From: Alphaproteobacteria bacterium
Lineage (GTDB): Bacteria; Pseudomonadota; Alphaproteobacteria; Rs-D84
Assembly (NCBI GenBank): GCA_017463185.1
Contig: JAFTPS010000003.1
Location: forward strand, 27,113-91,112
DNA: 64,000 nucleotides
Direction: 5' to 3'
A model generated the notes under the pieces. That model did not search any database. It was not told the origin of the DNA and worked only from the letters and a program-made list of their open reading frames with translations. Both the position numbers and the translations under genes were made by a program. Shown piece by piece: positions 1 through 8,674 of this stretch; positions within the stretch are counted from its first letter, which is position 1, and every line of letters starts with the position of its first letter.

Positions 1-1
1 A

Positions 2-802
2 AACATTTACAATAAATACGCGGGACGCGACACGCGATTCAAAATCATACGCCAGGAAAATTCTGGGCCCGCCAATGCGCGTAATCGCGGCTTAGGTATG
101 GCGCGTGGCGAATATGTACATTTTCACGATTGTGATGATTTTGTGGAACTGGATTATTATGAAAAAATGGTTGTGGCAATAAATCAAAGTGAGGCCGATA
201 TTATCTGTGGCGAGGTCAATGAACCAGGATATATGTTCCCAGATTTTAATCGTGTGCAAATCCTGGCGACATTAGAGGATAAAATCATAGTCCCCAAGGC
301 ACATTTGTTTCATGTTGTTTGGCGGTATGTGTATCGTCGTGAATTTTTAAGTGAACATAAATTACAATATCCCACCAATATGTTTATTGGCGAGGATACT
401 ATGTTTATGATGCGTACAACATACTATGCCAGGACAATTGCCACCGCCCCTGGTGCGGTTTATCACTGTGTCAGCGTGCCGACATCGCTGGGTAAAAATG
501 CCGGCAAAATTATGCGCGGACGCGCCAATGGTGATGCGCGTGAACACAGTGAATATGCCAAATTTATGGAACAAAGTGGTATGGCCCAGATTTTGAATCA
601 AATAAACCGCGGCAAAATTGTGGGGCGTACACGATATGAATTTCTGAAAATTCCATTTTTTATGAAAAAGTACTATTCCAATGGCGATATAAAATATTAT
701 GTACTGAATATTCCGCTGTTTATGCGGCGTCAGACGCACAATCGTATCCAGATTTTTATCTGTGGCATTTATGTGTTCCGAAAGTACACCCGCGGCGTAT
801 AA
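2..802 (+). CDS. glycosyltransferase family 2 protein (N-terminus cut by window edge)
   Basis: Frame open from nt 2; translation ...RFKIIRQENSGPANARNRGLGMARGEYVHFHDCDDF... shows GT2-type nucleotide-binding signature and DCDD (DxD-like); track ORF 98..802 is only the part after an internal ATG. Confidence 0.6.
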   Translation, partial: NIYNKYAGRDTRFKIIRQENSGPANARNRGLGMARGEYVHFHDCDDFVELDYYEKMVVAINQSEADIICGEVNEPGYMFPDFNRVQILATLEDKIIVPKAHLFHVVWRYVYRREFLSEHKLQYPTNMFIGEDTMFMMRTTYYARTIATAPGAVYHCVSVPTSLGKNAGKIMRGRANGDAREHSEYAKFMEQSGMAQILNQINRGKIVGRTRYEFLKIPFFMKKYYSNGDIKYYVLNIPLFMRRQTHNRIQIFICGIYVFRKYTRGV

Positions 803-831
803 GAATCCTGCGTATGCAGGATTCTTATACA

Positions 832-1611
832 TTATTCATAATAGCAATCGCCGTCGCTTATATCAAAATATCCAGTTTGGTCCTTGGCCGATGTCCCGTC
901 GGGCAGATAGCAATCGGCACTGGTTGTTTTGCTATATCCATTTGTTGTGGCAACGGCTGACGTAATCTCGCCCAGAGCTGAACAAGAAGTGCAATCCAGT
1001 AATGCGTAGTATGTTGATTCTGTTTGCACCAGGCCAGCGGCACTGTAAAAACCTGTGTTGCAGGTTGCCAAAGTTGTACCGTGATAATCGCAGATGCCGT
1101 CGGTGTTGCAACTTTTGTTGCGCCCTCCAAACAAAATTCCGGAATTATTTTGGTCTGCGGTCCAGCCTTCGCTGCCCGAACAAGTGGAACAACATTCAAT
1201 CTGTTCAAAATTTGTGATATTAAATGTTGTGCCTGATGCCTGGTACGGGTCAAAGTCTGTTGATATGTTCATATTACATAGTGTTGAATCCGCAAAAATT
1301 ATTTCCTGACACGGCGTCGTGCTGGTGAAACACAGTATTACACCATATTGAGGCTCGGACATATAATCATAAATGTCAAAAGCCCCACAAATTGGATAAT
1401 CGGTATATGGTGATGTAAAAGCAAGCAAGTCTGAACGGCAAACCGAGTATTCATTACAGCCTATTTTACCCCGATAACCGGAACTGCACATAGTTGTTTC
1501 GGCGCTGGACAATTCAGTGCTGGCACATGTTTTATAAAACATAACCGTTTGGTCCGCGCCCGCCACAAATGGCATGCCCAGGAACCCCGCGATTAGTAAA
1601 TATTTTTTCAT
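832..1611 (-). CDS. secreted cysteine-rich protein (signal peptide MKKYLLIAGFLGMPFVAGA)
   Basis: 259-aa ORF, N-terminal signal peptide, many Cys/Thr/Ser; RBS aaggagg 6 nt upstream; preceded by conserved leader element shared with two other Cys-rich protein genes. Confidence 0.5.
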   Translation of the reverse strand: MKKYLLIAGFLGMPFVAGADQTVMFYKTCASTELSSAETTMCSSGYRGKIGCNEYSVCRSDLLAFTSPYTDYPICGAFDIYDYMSEPQYGVILCFTSTTPCQEIIFADSTLCNMNISTDFDPYQASGTTFNITNFEQIECCSTCSGSEGWTADQNNSGILFGGRNKSCNTDGICDYHGTTLATCNTGFYSAAGLVQTESTYYALLDCTSCSALGEITSAVATTNGYSKTTSADCYLPDGTSAKDQTGYFDISDGDCYYE

Positions 1612-1760
1612 TCTTAAACCTCCTTTTCATTTTTTTGAATGAAAAAACCGTCGCAGAATTTAGACGGTTGGAGGTTCAGAACAATGATAAGATTGTATGG
1701 TGTATTCAGTATATTCCACCATCCTCCAACCATTTGTGGCTGGAAGTTATTTTTATTGCG
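1612..1760 (-). promoter_or_regulatory. conserved structured 5' leader (copy L1) with intrinsic-terminator hairpin upstream of Cys-rich secreted protein gene
   Basis: Sense (minus) strand: helix arm ggttggagg ... ~50 nt with conserved gaatatactgaata ... aacctccaacc, then hairpin ccgtctaaattctgcgacgg + tttttt 25 nt before RBS; same architecture at 27160-27365 and 33266-33470 with compensatory base changes. Confidence 0.45.
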
Positions 1761-2041
1761 AAGTGTTTATCGCAATACTTATCAGAGGTTCTGACACCCC
1801 GAAATAGCAATACGCCATTTCAAATAAAATGGTAGCATTATGGGGTATTAAAGTAAAGGCAAAAAAAACGCCGGGATTCAGATTGACAGCGGAATACAAC
1901 CCTAGTATAATATGCCTAATCCAAACCACCAATTGGATTAGGCATAAAAACACATTTGAAAACCTCAGGTTTCTGGGAGAAAACGACAAAATAAAAACCG
2001 CCGAATGCAAACGGTGGTTTAACTGACAAAAGGGGACGGCT

Positions 2042-2917
2042 ATGAAAAAGGTTGCGATATTGTATATAGCGCTGGGGCGTTATATTGTTTTTTGGAAAGA
2101 TTTTTTTGAATCGTGCCAGGCGAATTTATCCCCTTGTGAAAAGCATTATTTTATATGGACGGATAATACGGATTTTGATTACAGCGACATCCCCAATGTC
2201 ACGGTTATCCCCGCCCAGAAACGCGGCTGGCCGTATGATACACTGTTGCGGTTTGAAATGTTTTTGGGAATGGAAAAAGAATTAAAAAAATTTGATTACA
2301 TATATTTCTTTAATGCGAATTTTCAATTTGTTGCACCGGTGGATTTGGCGGAAATTACCCCGCGCGAATGGCATGACGGCCTGGTCGCGGGCAGTCATCC
2401 GGGACGCCGCGGCGATGTGCTGGCCGGTAATCCGGATTTGTTTGGCTATGAACGCCGTCCAGAATCAACCGCGTATGTCCCATTTGGCAAAGGCAAAGAT
2501 TATGTTTGTGGCGCATTTAATGGCGGAACAAGTGCAGCTTTCCTGACTATGTGTCAGGTGTTGGCGAAAAATGTCCAGATTGATTTGAAAAACGGCATTG
2601 TTGCGCGTGTGGACGATGAAAGTCATCTGAACGCGTATTTGATTGATAAAAAGTATTTATTGTGTGGGCGTGCCTATGGTTTCCCAGAAGGCAAGTTAAA
2701 GCACGTGAATCGTGTTGAAATGCCAATGATAAAGATTATTTCCCGGCACAAGGAAAGTCCAAAATATGGCGGTGTAAAATGGCTGCGTGGTCAGACAGAT
2801 AAAAAGATGCCCAACAATGCGTTTACGCGAAATATTATGCGACCGTTGTGCCACGGGGTCGCGCTGTTTATACCGATAAAAAAATATCGGTCACGGGTGC
2901 GCGGGTATTTTGGGTAA
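2042..2917 (+). CDS. glycosyltransferase family 6 (ABO/alpha-1,3-Gal(NAc)-transferase-like), bacterial NxN variant
   Basis: Strong similarity to ABO transferase blocks: FWKDFFES..., FGYERRPESTAYVPFGKGKDYVCGAFNGGT (cf. FTYERRPQSQAYIP..GGFFGGS), VDDESHLNAYLI (cf. WHDESHLNKYLL); DXD position reads FFNANF (NAN), as in metal-independent bacterial GT6. Confidence 0.75.
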   Translation: MKKVAILYIALGRYIVFWKDFFESCQANLSPCEKHYFIWTDNTDFDYSDIPNVTVIPAQKRGWPYDTLLRFEMFLGMEKELKKFDYIYFFNANFQFVAPVDLAEITPREWHDGLVAGSHPGRRGDVLAGNPDLFGYERRPESTAYVPFGKGKDYVCGAFNGGTSAAFLTMCQVLAKNVQIDLKNGIVARVDDESHLNAYLIDKKYLLCGRAYGFPEGKLKHVNRVEMPMIKIISRHKESPKYGGVKWLRGQTDKKMPNNAFTRNIMRPLCHGVALFIPIKKYRSRVRGYFG

Positions 2918-2957
2918 AGACCTTGACTTTTAATGGTTTTGTACATACCATATAGGT

Positions 2958-3767
2958 ATGACAAATAATAAAATGAATACTTTTTATCAGGATGCGATTA
3001 GAAGTCGCCGTGGCGATGCGACTAATATTCGCGAACCACGAATCCGTGGCTCTCAGCGCAATGTTTTGTTTGCAGATACGCCCGACGGTGCGCGTGTGTT
3101 TAAGTTCAGTTCGCCCGAATTAGTGGTCAAGGACGAAAAAATCAGTAATCAGTATAAAATGGCGGGGATTCCTGTGCCGAATATAACATCGCATCAGTAT
3201 CGTGGTCTGTCGTTTGAGGAATATCCGATAATCCCCGGTCGCACTTTGTACGAGGCTATTGGTGACGGCATCGGCGCCGATGATATTCGTCGCATTTATC
3301 GTCAGATTTTAGATAATTTTGCTAAAATGGCGCGGGTGCGGGCTGGGAGCCTGCCCCATGAAAATATCAATTTGGCGCACTATGTGGCGCGTGAGAATGT
3401 ATCAACGGCGAATAATCGCACGTTGGGCAATGTGATATGGATGCTGGTTTATCTGATGAACCTAGGTGCGGACAAGAATATAGGCCTGTTCCATTTTGAT
3501 ATCACACCCAAAAATGTGATTATATCGGACGACGGGCATTTGGCGGGCTTTATTGACATAGAAACGGTTGGCATTTGCAATAAAAACTTTGCGTTTGGGA
3601 TGATGGCGGCCAAGTATCAGCAACTGGGGTTTGATATAAATGAATTGGTTGATTACTATGAAAATATCACAGGCGACAAACTGAACCGCACACGGATTGC
3701 CACGATAAGCAATCTGAGCAATGCGGGCAAGGCATTTCTGTGGAAAAACGCACAGCGAAAGAGATAA
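2958..3767 (+). CDS. protein-kinase-like fold phosphotransferase (APH/choline-kinase-like)
   Basis: Brenner-type catalytic motif HFDITPKNVIISDDGHLAGFIDIE (HxDxxxxN...D); located in glycan locus next to GT6. Confidence 0.5.
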   Translation: MTNNKMNTFYQDAIRSRRGDATNIREPRIRGSQRNVLFADTPDGARVFKFSSPELVVKDEKISNQYKMAGIPVPNITSHQYRGLSFEEYPIIPGRTLYEAIGDGIGADDIRRIYRQILDNFAKMARVRAGSLPHENINLAHYVARENVSTANNRTLGNVIWMLVYLMNLGADKNIGLFHFDITPKNVIISDDGHLAGFIDIETVGICNKNFAFGMMAAKYQQLGFDINELVDYYENITGDKLNRTRIATISNLSNAGKAFLWKNAQRKR

Positions 3768-3906
3768 AATGTGGGGAATTTTTGTAAAAAAGTCCTTTGC
3801 CACCGATGGGGCAGGAAAAATCCCGCATTGCGGGATTGGTTGTTTTTGCTTAAATGCCATAAGGTCACTTGCTTTTTGTTGGCAAATAATTATAATAGTG
3901 TGCATT

Positions 3907-3983
3907 GCACCCGTGGCTTAACTGGATAGAGCATCGCCCTCCGAAGGCGGGGATTGCGCGTTCGAATCGCGCCGGGTGCGCCA
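3907..3983 (+). tRNA. tRNA-Arg (anticodon CCG)
   Basis: 77 nt cloverleaf: acceptor GCACCCG/CGGGTGC, anticodon stem TCGCC/GGCGG with loop CTCCGAA, T-arm GCGCG-TTCGAAT-CGCGC, discriminator G + encoded CCA. Confidence 0.8.
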
Positions 3984-4016
3984 TACTTCGCCAAGGCTTC
4001 GTATGGCGCGGCCACA
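3984..4016. repeat. conserved tRNA 3'-flank motif (acttcgc..gcttcgtatggcgcRgccaca), second copy at 38817-38859 after tRNA-Gly
   Basis: tacttcgccaaggcttcgtatggcgcggccaca after tRNA-Arg vs cacttcgcgtctgcgacgcttcgtatggcgcagccaca after tRNA-Gly. Confidence 0.4.
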
Positions 4017-4130
4017 ATCAGACCTTGATTTTTAGGGTGATTTATGGTATAATATTGACCGTGGATGCAGACAGACTGCGTCCGTTTTTTTATTTAAACA
4101 ACTGGTGACATAATGAAAAGGATTTTTTAT

Positions 4131-4628
4131 ATGTCACGACAAATTCAAATACGACGCGGAACAACCAGTGAACATGAAACATTTACCGGTGCAATTGGTG
4201 AAATCACAATGGATACGGATGCCAAGACCCTGCGGGTGCACGACGGGGAAACGGTGGGTGGCGTGCCGTTGGCGCGCGCCGACAGTGTGCCGGATATGAG
4301 TGGTGCGGACTATGTTGTTGCCTGGCAATCGCCAAGTGCAGAAAATAACTATACCTGGTATCGTAAATATAAATCCGGCTGGGTTGAACAAGGGGGATAT
4401 ACAAACAGCAGTACGGTCACCCTGCCCCTGGCTATGGCGGATACGCAATACAATATCCAGATTACCGGTGATGCAAAGTCAACCAATAACAATGTGTACA
4501 TTTTTGGGTGTCAAAGTCGTACGACAACCGGCTTTTCTATGCTGGGGAATGTTGTAAACGGCAGCAGCCAATCGTCAACCGCCAATGGCGCACAACGCTA
4601 TTGGTTTGTGTGTGGGTTTTCCGCATAA
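4131..4628 (+). CDS. phage tail-fibre-like protein with Mtd-N-like N-terminal domain
   Basis: N-terminus MSRQIQIRRGTTSEHETFTGAIGEITMDTDAKTLRVHDGETVGGVPLA closely matches the conserved N-terminal domain of Bordetella phage Mtd-type receptor-binding proteins (..QFRGGTTAQHATFTGAAREITVDTDKNTVVVHDGATAGGFPLA..); RBS aaagga before ATG 4131 (track start 4113 also possible). Confidence 0.5.
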   Translation: MSRQIQIRRGTTSEHETFTGAIGEITMDTDAKTLRVHDGETVGGVPLARADSVPDMSGADYVVAWQSPSAENNYTWYRKYKSGWVEQGGYTNSSTVTLPLAMADTQYNIQITGDAKSTNNNVYIFGCQSRTTTGFSMLGNVVNGSSQSSTANGAQRYWFVCGFSA

Positions 4629-4653
4629 AACTGGGCTTTCTTAGCCCAGTTTT
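4627..4653. terminator. bidirectional intrinsic terminator
   Basis: aaaactgggctttcttagcccagtttt between convergent genes. Confidence 0.6.
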
Positions 4654-6379
4654 ATCGTGTCGCGAATCCATTTTCGTCGCGCGGTGGAATTTTGAATAGT
4701 TGTCCCAGTTTGTGTTGTGTGGCATTATCGTCGGGCGCATAGACTAAATTTCCAGCCGTGGGAGAAAAAGTTAATTCACCAAATACTAATTTACCGTCTT
4801 TTGTTTCATAAAAATCAACACGAACAAAATCAAACGGTTCTGCCAGTTTTTCTGTAATTTCTATTAATTCGTTTAGAAAATCTGGACGTTCTATATCTGT
4901 TGAAATAATTCCCGCTATTCCATAATCAGACTGATTAAAGTCTAAATCAGACCAGTCGCGCGATTTTGTTTTTATCCGAATGTTATTGTGGCCATCCTGA
5001 TAACAGTTTAGGACTATAAATTCAACGCGCCCACCAAAACACCACATTTTATATTCAATATCTGTGCGAATGTCCACCATTTCACGGGCAATTACACGGG
5101 GTGGAATATATCTGTATTGCATTTCACAAAATAGTTCAGAATGATTATATAATAACCATTCTTTAACGGTTTGTTTTAGTTCCTGGGGAGAGAATTTTGT
5201 TTTATCAAAAACAAGTAAGTTTTGTCCGCTGCCCGCATTATAAGTAAGGACAAAAGATTGTGGTAATTTATCCAGTATAAACTCATCGCTGTTTTTATAG
5301 GTCGCATATAATTTTGGCAAATATTTATCACCAATTTTATCACAAACATATTTACGAACGGCCAGTTTGTCCGCACATTGTATTTTTAATGGTGTAACAT
5401 CAAACATACTGGCCCATATAACTTTGTCGCGAAATGTAGTTAGTTCCTCGGTCGGTAATTTGCCGGTGCGTTCATAAAAACGGTCGCGCAACAATATTGG
5501 CAACCGGTCCGCGCCGCAATAACGAACAATTTGTTGTCGGGACAGTGTATCAGAATAAACGATTGTTTGTTTCGTTGTCTGACGTCTTTTATAACTTAGT
5601 ATTTTTATACCGCAAAAGTATATATGGCGGCGACCATTTGGACAACGTTCTTTGTAAAATATTTTCATTGGAACCTTCCTGTGTTTGGTAATTTTATCTT
5701 GATTATGTGTTGCGATATATTGTAATTCAAAATCGCCGTTTGTTCTGTGTTCGCCCGGTGTTGGATACAGTGGGATTGTTTGCACCCCATATTTCCATGC
5801 GGCATAGTTATATGATAATTGGTCGCGCTTTGAATAGTTTTTTACCATATGCCACCATAAATTTAATGTTGATATGATTTCATTATGACGACGGAACATT
5901 ATATTTGTTTCACTCAGACCGTTGTTTTCAGGATATCCGTCGCGATGTAATTTTTTCATTTCGCGATTTACTATGTTTTTATGGTCTATGTGCAGGCGTT
6001 TTATTGTTTCTGCCTCGGCATAAATACAGTTGCGTTCAGGATGCATAGGAATTGCAATTTTAGTATTGTTTGCAATTAGTTTATTCGCTATATCAAATAT
6101 ATGATTGTTCAGGATTGATACATTTCCGTCCATCCATAAACTAATATCATATTCGGGAAACAGTATATGAGCATTGATTTTGTGCCAACGTGCGTTTTTA
6201 ACATTGCCATATTTATGACGCGCCAATTGGCGCACGACATATGGTCCAACATGTCCACACCGTATTAATTCGTGATTATCGGTGAACAGCACATAATCCC
6301 ACGATGGGTCAATGTATTTGTGTGTTGGCACGCTATCGTATCCGCCGGTAATACAAGTGTAGCATACTTTTTTGGTCAT
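4652..6379 (-). CDS. two-domain polysaccharide biosynthesis protein: N-terminal DUF616-type glycosyltransferase + C-terminal TupA-like ATP-grasp
   Basis: N-term CYTCITGGYD.. typical of DUF616/capsule GT family; C-term block (..KMWCFGGRVEFIVLNCYQDGHNNIRIKTKSRDWSDLDF..) resembles TupA-like ATP-grasp (teichuronopeptide-type amidoligase); 1-nt overlap with next gene. Confidence 0.5.
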   Translation of the reverse strand: MTKKVCYTCITGGYDSVPTHKYIDPSWDYVLFTDNHELIRCGHVGPYVVRQLARHKYGNVKNARWHKINAHILFPEYDISLWMDGNVSILNNHIFDIANKLIANNTKIAIPMHPERNCIYAEAETIKRLHIDHKNIVNREMKKLHRDGYPENNGLSETNIMFRRHNEIISTLNLWWHMVKNYSKRDQLSYNYAAWKYGVQTIPLYPTPGEHRTNGDFELQYIATHNQDKITKHRKVPMKIFYKERCPNGRRHIYFCGIKILSYKRRQTTKQTIVYSDTLSRQQIVRYCGADRLPILLRDRFYERTGKLPTEELTTFRDKVIWASMFDVTPLKIQCADKLAVRKYVCDKIGDKYLPKLYATYKNSDEFILDKLPQSFVLTYNAGSGQNLLVFDKTKFSPQELKQTVKEWLLYNHSELFCEMQYRYIPPRVIAREMVDIRTDIEYKMWCFGGRVEFIVLNCYQDGHNNIRIKTKSRDWSDLDFNQSDYGIAGIISTDIERPDFLNELIEITEKLAEPFDFVRVDFYETKDGKLVFGELTFSPTAGNLVYAPDDNATQHKLGQLFKIPPRDENGFATR

Positions 6380-7311
6380 TATATATTTTCTGCCTTTCGG
6401 AAAGATATTTTCAAAACAGGTATTTTATCAAAGATATAGGCTTTATAATTTTGAACAGAACGCAGGTTTTGATGATATATAGTACACAATGGAATTGATA
6501 AAAATGTAAAGCGAAAACATTTCTTATAATCAAAGCGTCGTGGGCTGTTATCCAGTGTAATATTATAACGATTGGCATTTGCAAAAACGGCATTTAGAAA
6601 ATCTGTATTTTGTGCATATGGAATTAGGTATTGGGTACCCTTTATGCGGCCTAAAGATGCTTTTTTAATGAAAGGAATTCCCTTTTTTAATGTTTCTAGT
6701 GGGTTGGCATAAATGATAAATCCAGCATCATTGCAACGGCTGTCTGAGTATGCGTATGATTTATAGCCGCGCTGTATTATAATACGCGATAGACGTATTT
6801 CGTATTTAAGAACAATGTTATCCTTGTCGTCTTGACGTTTTATATCGTTCATAAAATCATCAAAGAAATTTGATTGAAATATTTTTTGTGAGATTCCAAC
6901 AAACCAAGACTGAATATGTAATGGGATTATTTCGTCCGAATTACTGACCATACCAGTAAAATCCACGCCGCGGGATTCCAGGTCTTTTAATATTGGGCTT
7001 ATGTCATACAGTGGCCCCAGGACGGAATCATTTACCAAATACACCCAATCATAGTTTTCCAATATTTTGTTATCGCGGGCGTATTGATATGCGCGCTTGT
7101 ATGAACCAAAGTCATATTCCCCGTGGCGCGTCGCGGCGGCGTACAGCACATTTGGAATGCTTTTTATCTTGGCCAACTCGTTATCCGTTGTGTCGTTGTC
7201 CATTACAACAACTAAATCGCCCAGTCTTGATAATTCGCCCAGATAATATGTTAGCGTATCATCAACTGTGCCGTCGCGATCGTATGCAGCAAACAAAAAC
7301 AGACGTTTCAT
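6379..7311 (-). CDS. rhamnan-synthesis protein F (RgpF)-like glycosyltransferase
   Basis: N-term LFLFAAYDRDGTVDD...VVVMDNDTTD and overall pattern resemble RgpF family (PF05045-like); operonic with previous gene. Confidence 0.45.
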   Translation of the reverse strand: MKRLFLFAAYDRDGTVDDTLTYYLGELSRLGDLVVVMDNDTTDNELAKIKSIPNVLYAAATRHGEYDFGSYKRAYQYARDNKILENYDWVYLVNDSVLGPLYDISPILKDLESRGVDFTGMVSNSDEIIPLHIQSWFVGISQKIFQSNFFDDFMNDIKRQDDKDNIVLKYEIRLSRIIIQRGYKSYAYSDSRCNDAGFIIYANPLETLKKGIPFIKKASLGRIKGTQYLIPYAQNTDFLNAVFANANRYNITLDNSPRRFDYKKCFRFTFLSIPLCTIYHQNLRSVQNYKAYIFDKIPVLKISFRKAENI

Positions 7312-7460
7312 AATCCATTGCCCTTTTTGTACTAAATCGGGTGGGGTTCAAACAACTGGTGACGTTTTTACATCTGTGTGCGGTTGCACCGCCCCACCCG
7401 CGTGAAATTTAAAACCCCAGGGAATAAAATAAAACGCCACCTGATGTATATCCAAGGTGG

Positions 7461-7548
7461 CCGGGAAGTTAAGACTATCATACAAGCGAAATGACACCAC
7501 CGACCTTTGGAACGGAGTGTTCCTGTGGTATAATCGGTGGCTTCCCGG
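7461..7548. ncRNA. candidate structured RNA element, copy 1 of tandem pair
   Basis: gCCGGGAAGtt...gaaatgac-CCACCGA-...cggagtg..cctgtNgtat..-TCGGTGG-CTTCCCGGc; two nested helices; same architecture 234 nt downstream with compensatory substitutions. Confidence 0.35.
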
Positions 7549-7694
7549 CAAATAAAAAGCCGAGTTATAAAGAAATCGCTTGTAAGAGAGCCGTCTTACT
7601 GGCCCCGAACCCTATCCCTAAGGCTCGGCACAGATATTACAGGATAAATTTCATATTTTCAAGACATAAAAATAGTCGCCAATTAAAAAGGCGA

Positions 7695-7777
7695 CCGGGA
7701 AGTTAAGAAAATCACACGCTGAAATGACCCCACGGGCTTTCGGAGTGGGCCCTGTTGTATGGCCCGTGGCTTCCCGG
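7695..7777. ncRNA. candidate structured RNA element, copy 2 of tandem pair
   Basis: aCCGGGAAGtt...gaaatgac-CCACGGGC-...cggagtg..cctgtNgtat-GCCCGTGG-CTTCCCGGt; inner helix differs from copy 1 but stays complementary (covariation); closing pair g-c in copy 1 becomes a-t. Confidence 0.35.
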
Positions 7778-7971
7778 TGAATCCCGAGAACACTGACGCG
7801 CAAGGTGGTGCGCGTCACAACGTGTGGACTTTCTTACGGTCCAAACCCACATTTTACAATGCGGTTCAATCTGATGTTACACAATTGATTGGCTAATCGC
7901 AAGTCATAAATTGAACTTGCGGGATGTAATCTGTTCGGATACACTGAGTCCATAAAAGGAGATAAGAGCCC

Positions 7972-8427
7972 ATGCATAAGATTATGACTTTTTCCATGGT
8001 GTTGGGGTTATGTGCCTGTAACAGTGTTTATATGAAACCAAATTCGTTGGATGCTGGACACGTGGTTTATGCGGACCGTGGCGGGTATTCTATGCGCCGC
8101 AGTATCAAGGAAACAATGGAAAATCGTGGCTATCGCGTTGTTGTTGGGCGTGCCACTGTAAACGAGAATGCAACGGACGAGAGTATTAGCGTTGATATAG
8201 ATAAAAATATTATACCTGTTGATGTAAAATATGTAATCAAGGTCAATGAACGCAATGAGAAGTTCCGGCCGATTTGGTGTGTGTTTAATGGTTTCTGGTG
8301 GTGGAATTTTAATGTTTCAATCGCAAATCAGGAAACTGGTGACGAAATTGTGTCTTGGCGTGGACGCGGATGCGCGAACAGTTCTGTGCGTTTGTTGAAC
8401 AGGATACTGGATAAAGTCGAAAAATAA
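7972..8427 (+). CDS. lipoprotein (lipobox LGLCAC)
   Basis: Signal peptide + Cys lipobox; RBS aaaggaga; followed by intrinsic terminator. Confidence 0.55.
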   Translation: MHKIMTFSMVLGLCACNSVYMKPNSLDAGHVVYADRGGYSMRRSIKETMENRGYRVVVGRATVNENATDESISVDIDKNIIPVDVKYVIKVNERNEKFRPIWCVFNGFWWWNFNVSIANQETGDEIVSWRGRGCANSSVRLLNRILDKVEK

Positions 8428-8452
8428 AAATCCCCCAAACGGGGATTTTTTA
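8426..8452. terminator. bidirectional intrinsic terminator
   Basis: aaaaatcccccaaacggggatttttt. Confidence 0.65.
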
Positions 8453-8674
8453 ACGACGACGATATCCGTTATACTGGGCGGTGTTGCTGGAACGCTTAGA
8501 TAAATAGCGCGCTGCAATCAATAACAACCATTCCAATGATAAACCCGCCAACCCCAATAATGTCTGGGGAACAGTTTCCATCCAAAACAGAACATATACC
8601 AATTGAGCAATGAAAGAGATGTACAAAATACCAAATACGCCTGTAAAGAATACTTTTTTCACTTTTCCGAACAT
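8450..8674 (-). CDS. small membrane protein (two predicted TM helices)
   Basis: 74 aa, hydrophobic segments GVFGILYISFIAQLVYVLFW and LLGLAGLSLEWLLLIAA; RBS aaggaaagg. Confidence 0.4.
   Translation of the reverse strand: MFGKVKKVFFTGVFGILYISFIAQLVYVLFWMETVPQTLLGLAGLSLEWLLLIAARYLSKRSSNTAQYNGYRRR

Noticed and set aside
3462-3905. 147-aa antisense ORF opposite the kinase-fold gene
   Set aside because: No motif or RBS; it overlaps a supported gene.
4113-4700. A diversity-generating retroelement next to the Mtd-N-like gene
   Set aside because: No reverse-transcriptase ORF and no template-repeat copy of the gene's 3' end anywhere in the 64 kb. Only the target-like gene is present.
7312-7971. RNase P RNA, tmRNA, SRP RNA or 6S RNA in the structured intergenic region
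   Set aside because: Hallmark motifs (GGAAAGUCCGG / AGGGUGAAA; GGAAGCAGCCAAGG; tmRNA tag ORF) are not found. It is reported instead as an unclassified tandem structured element.
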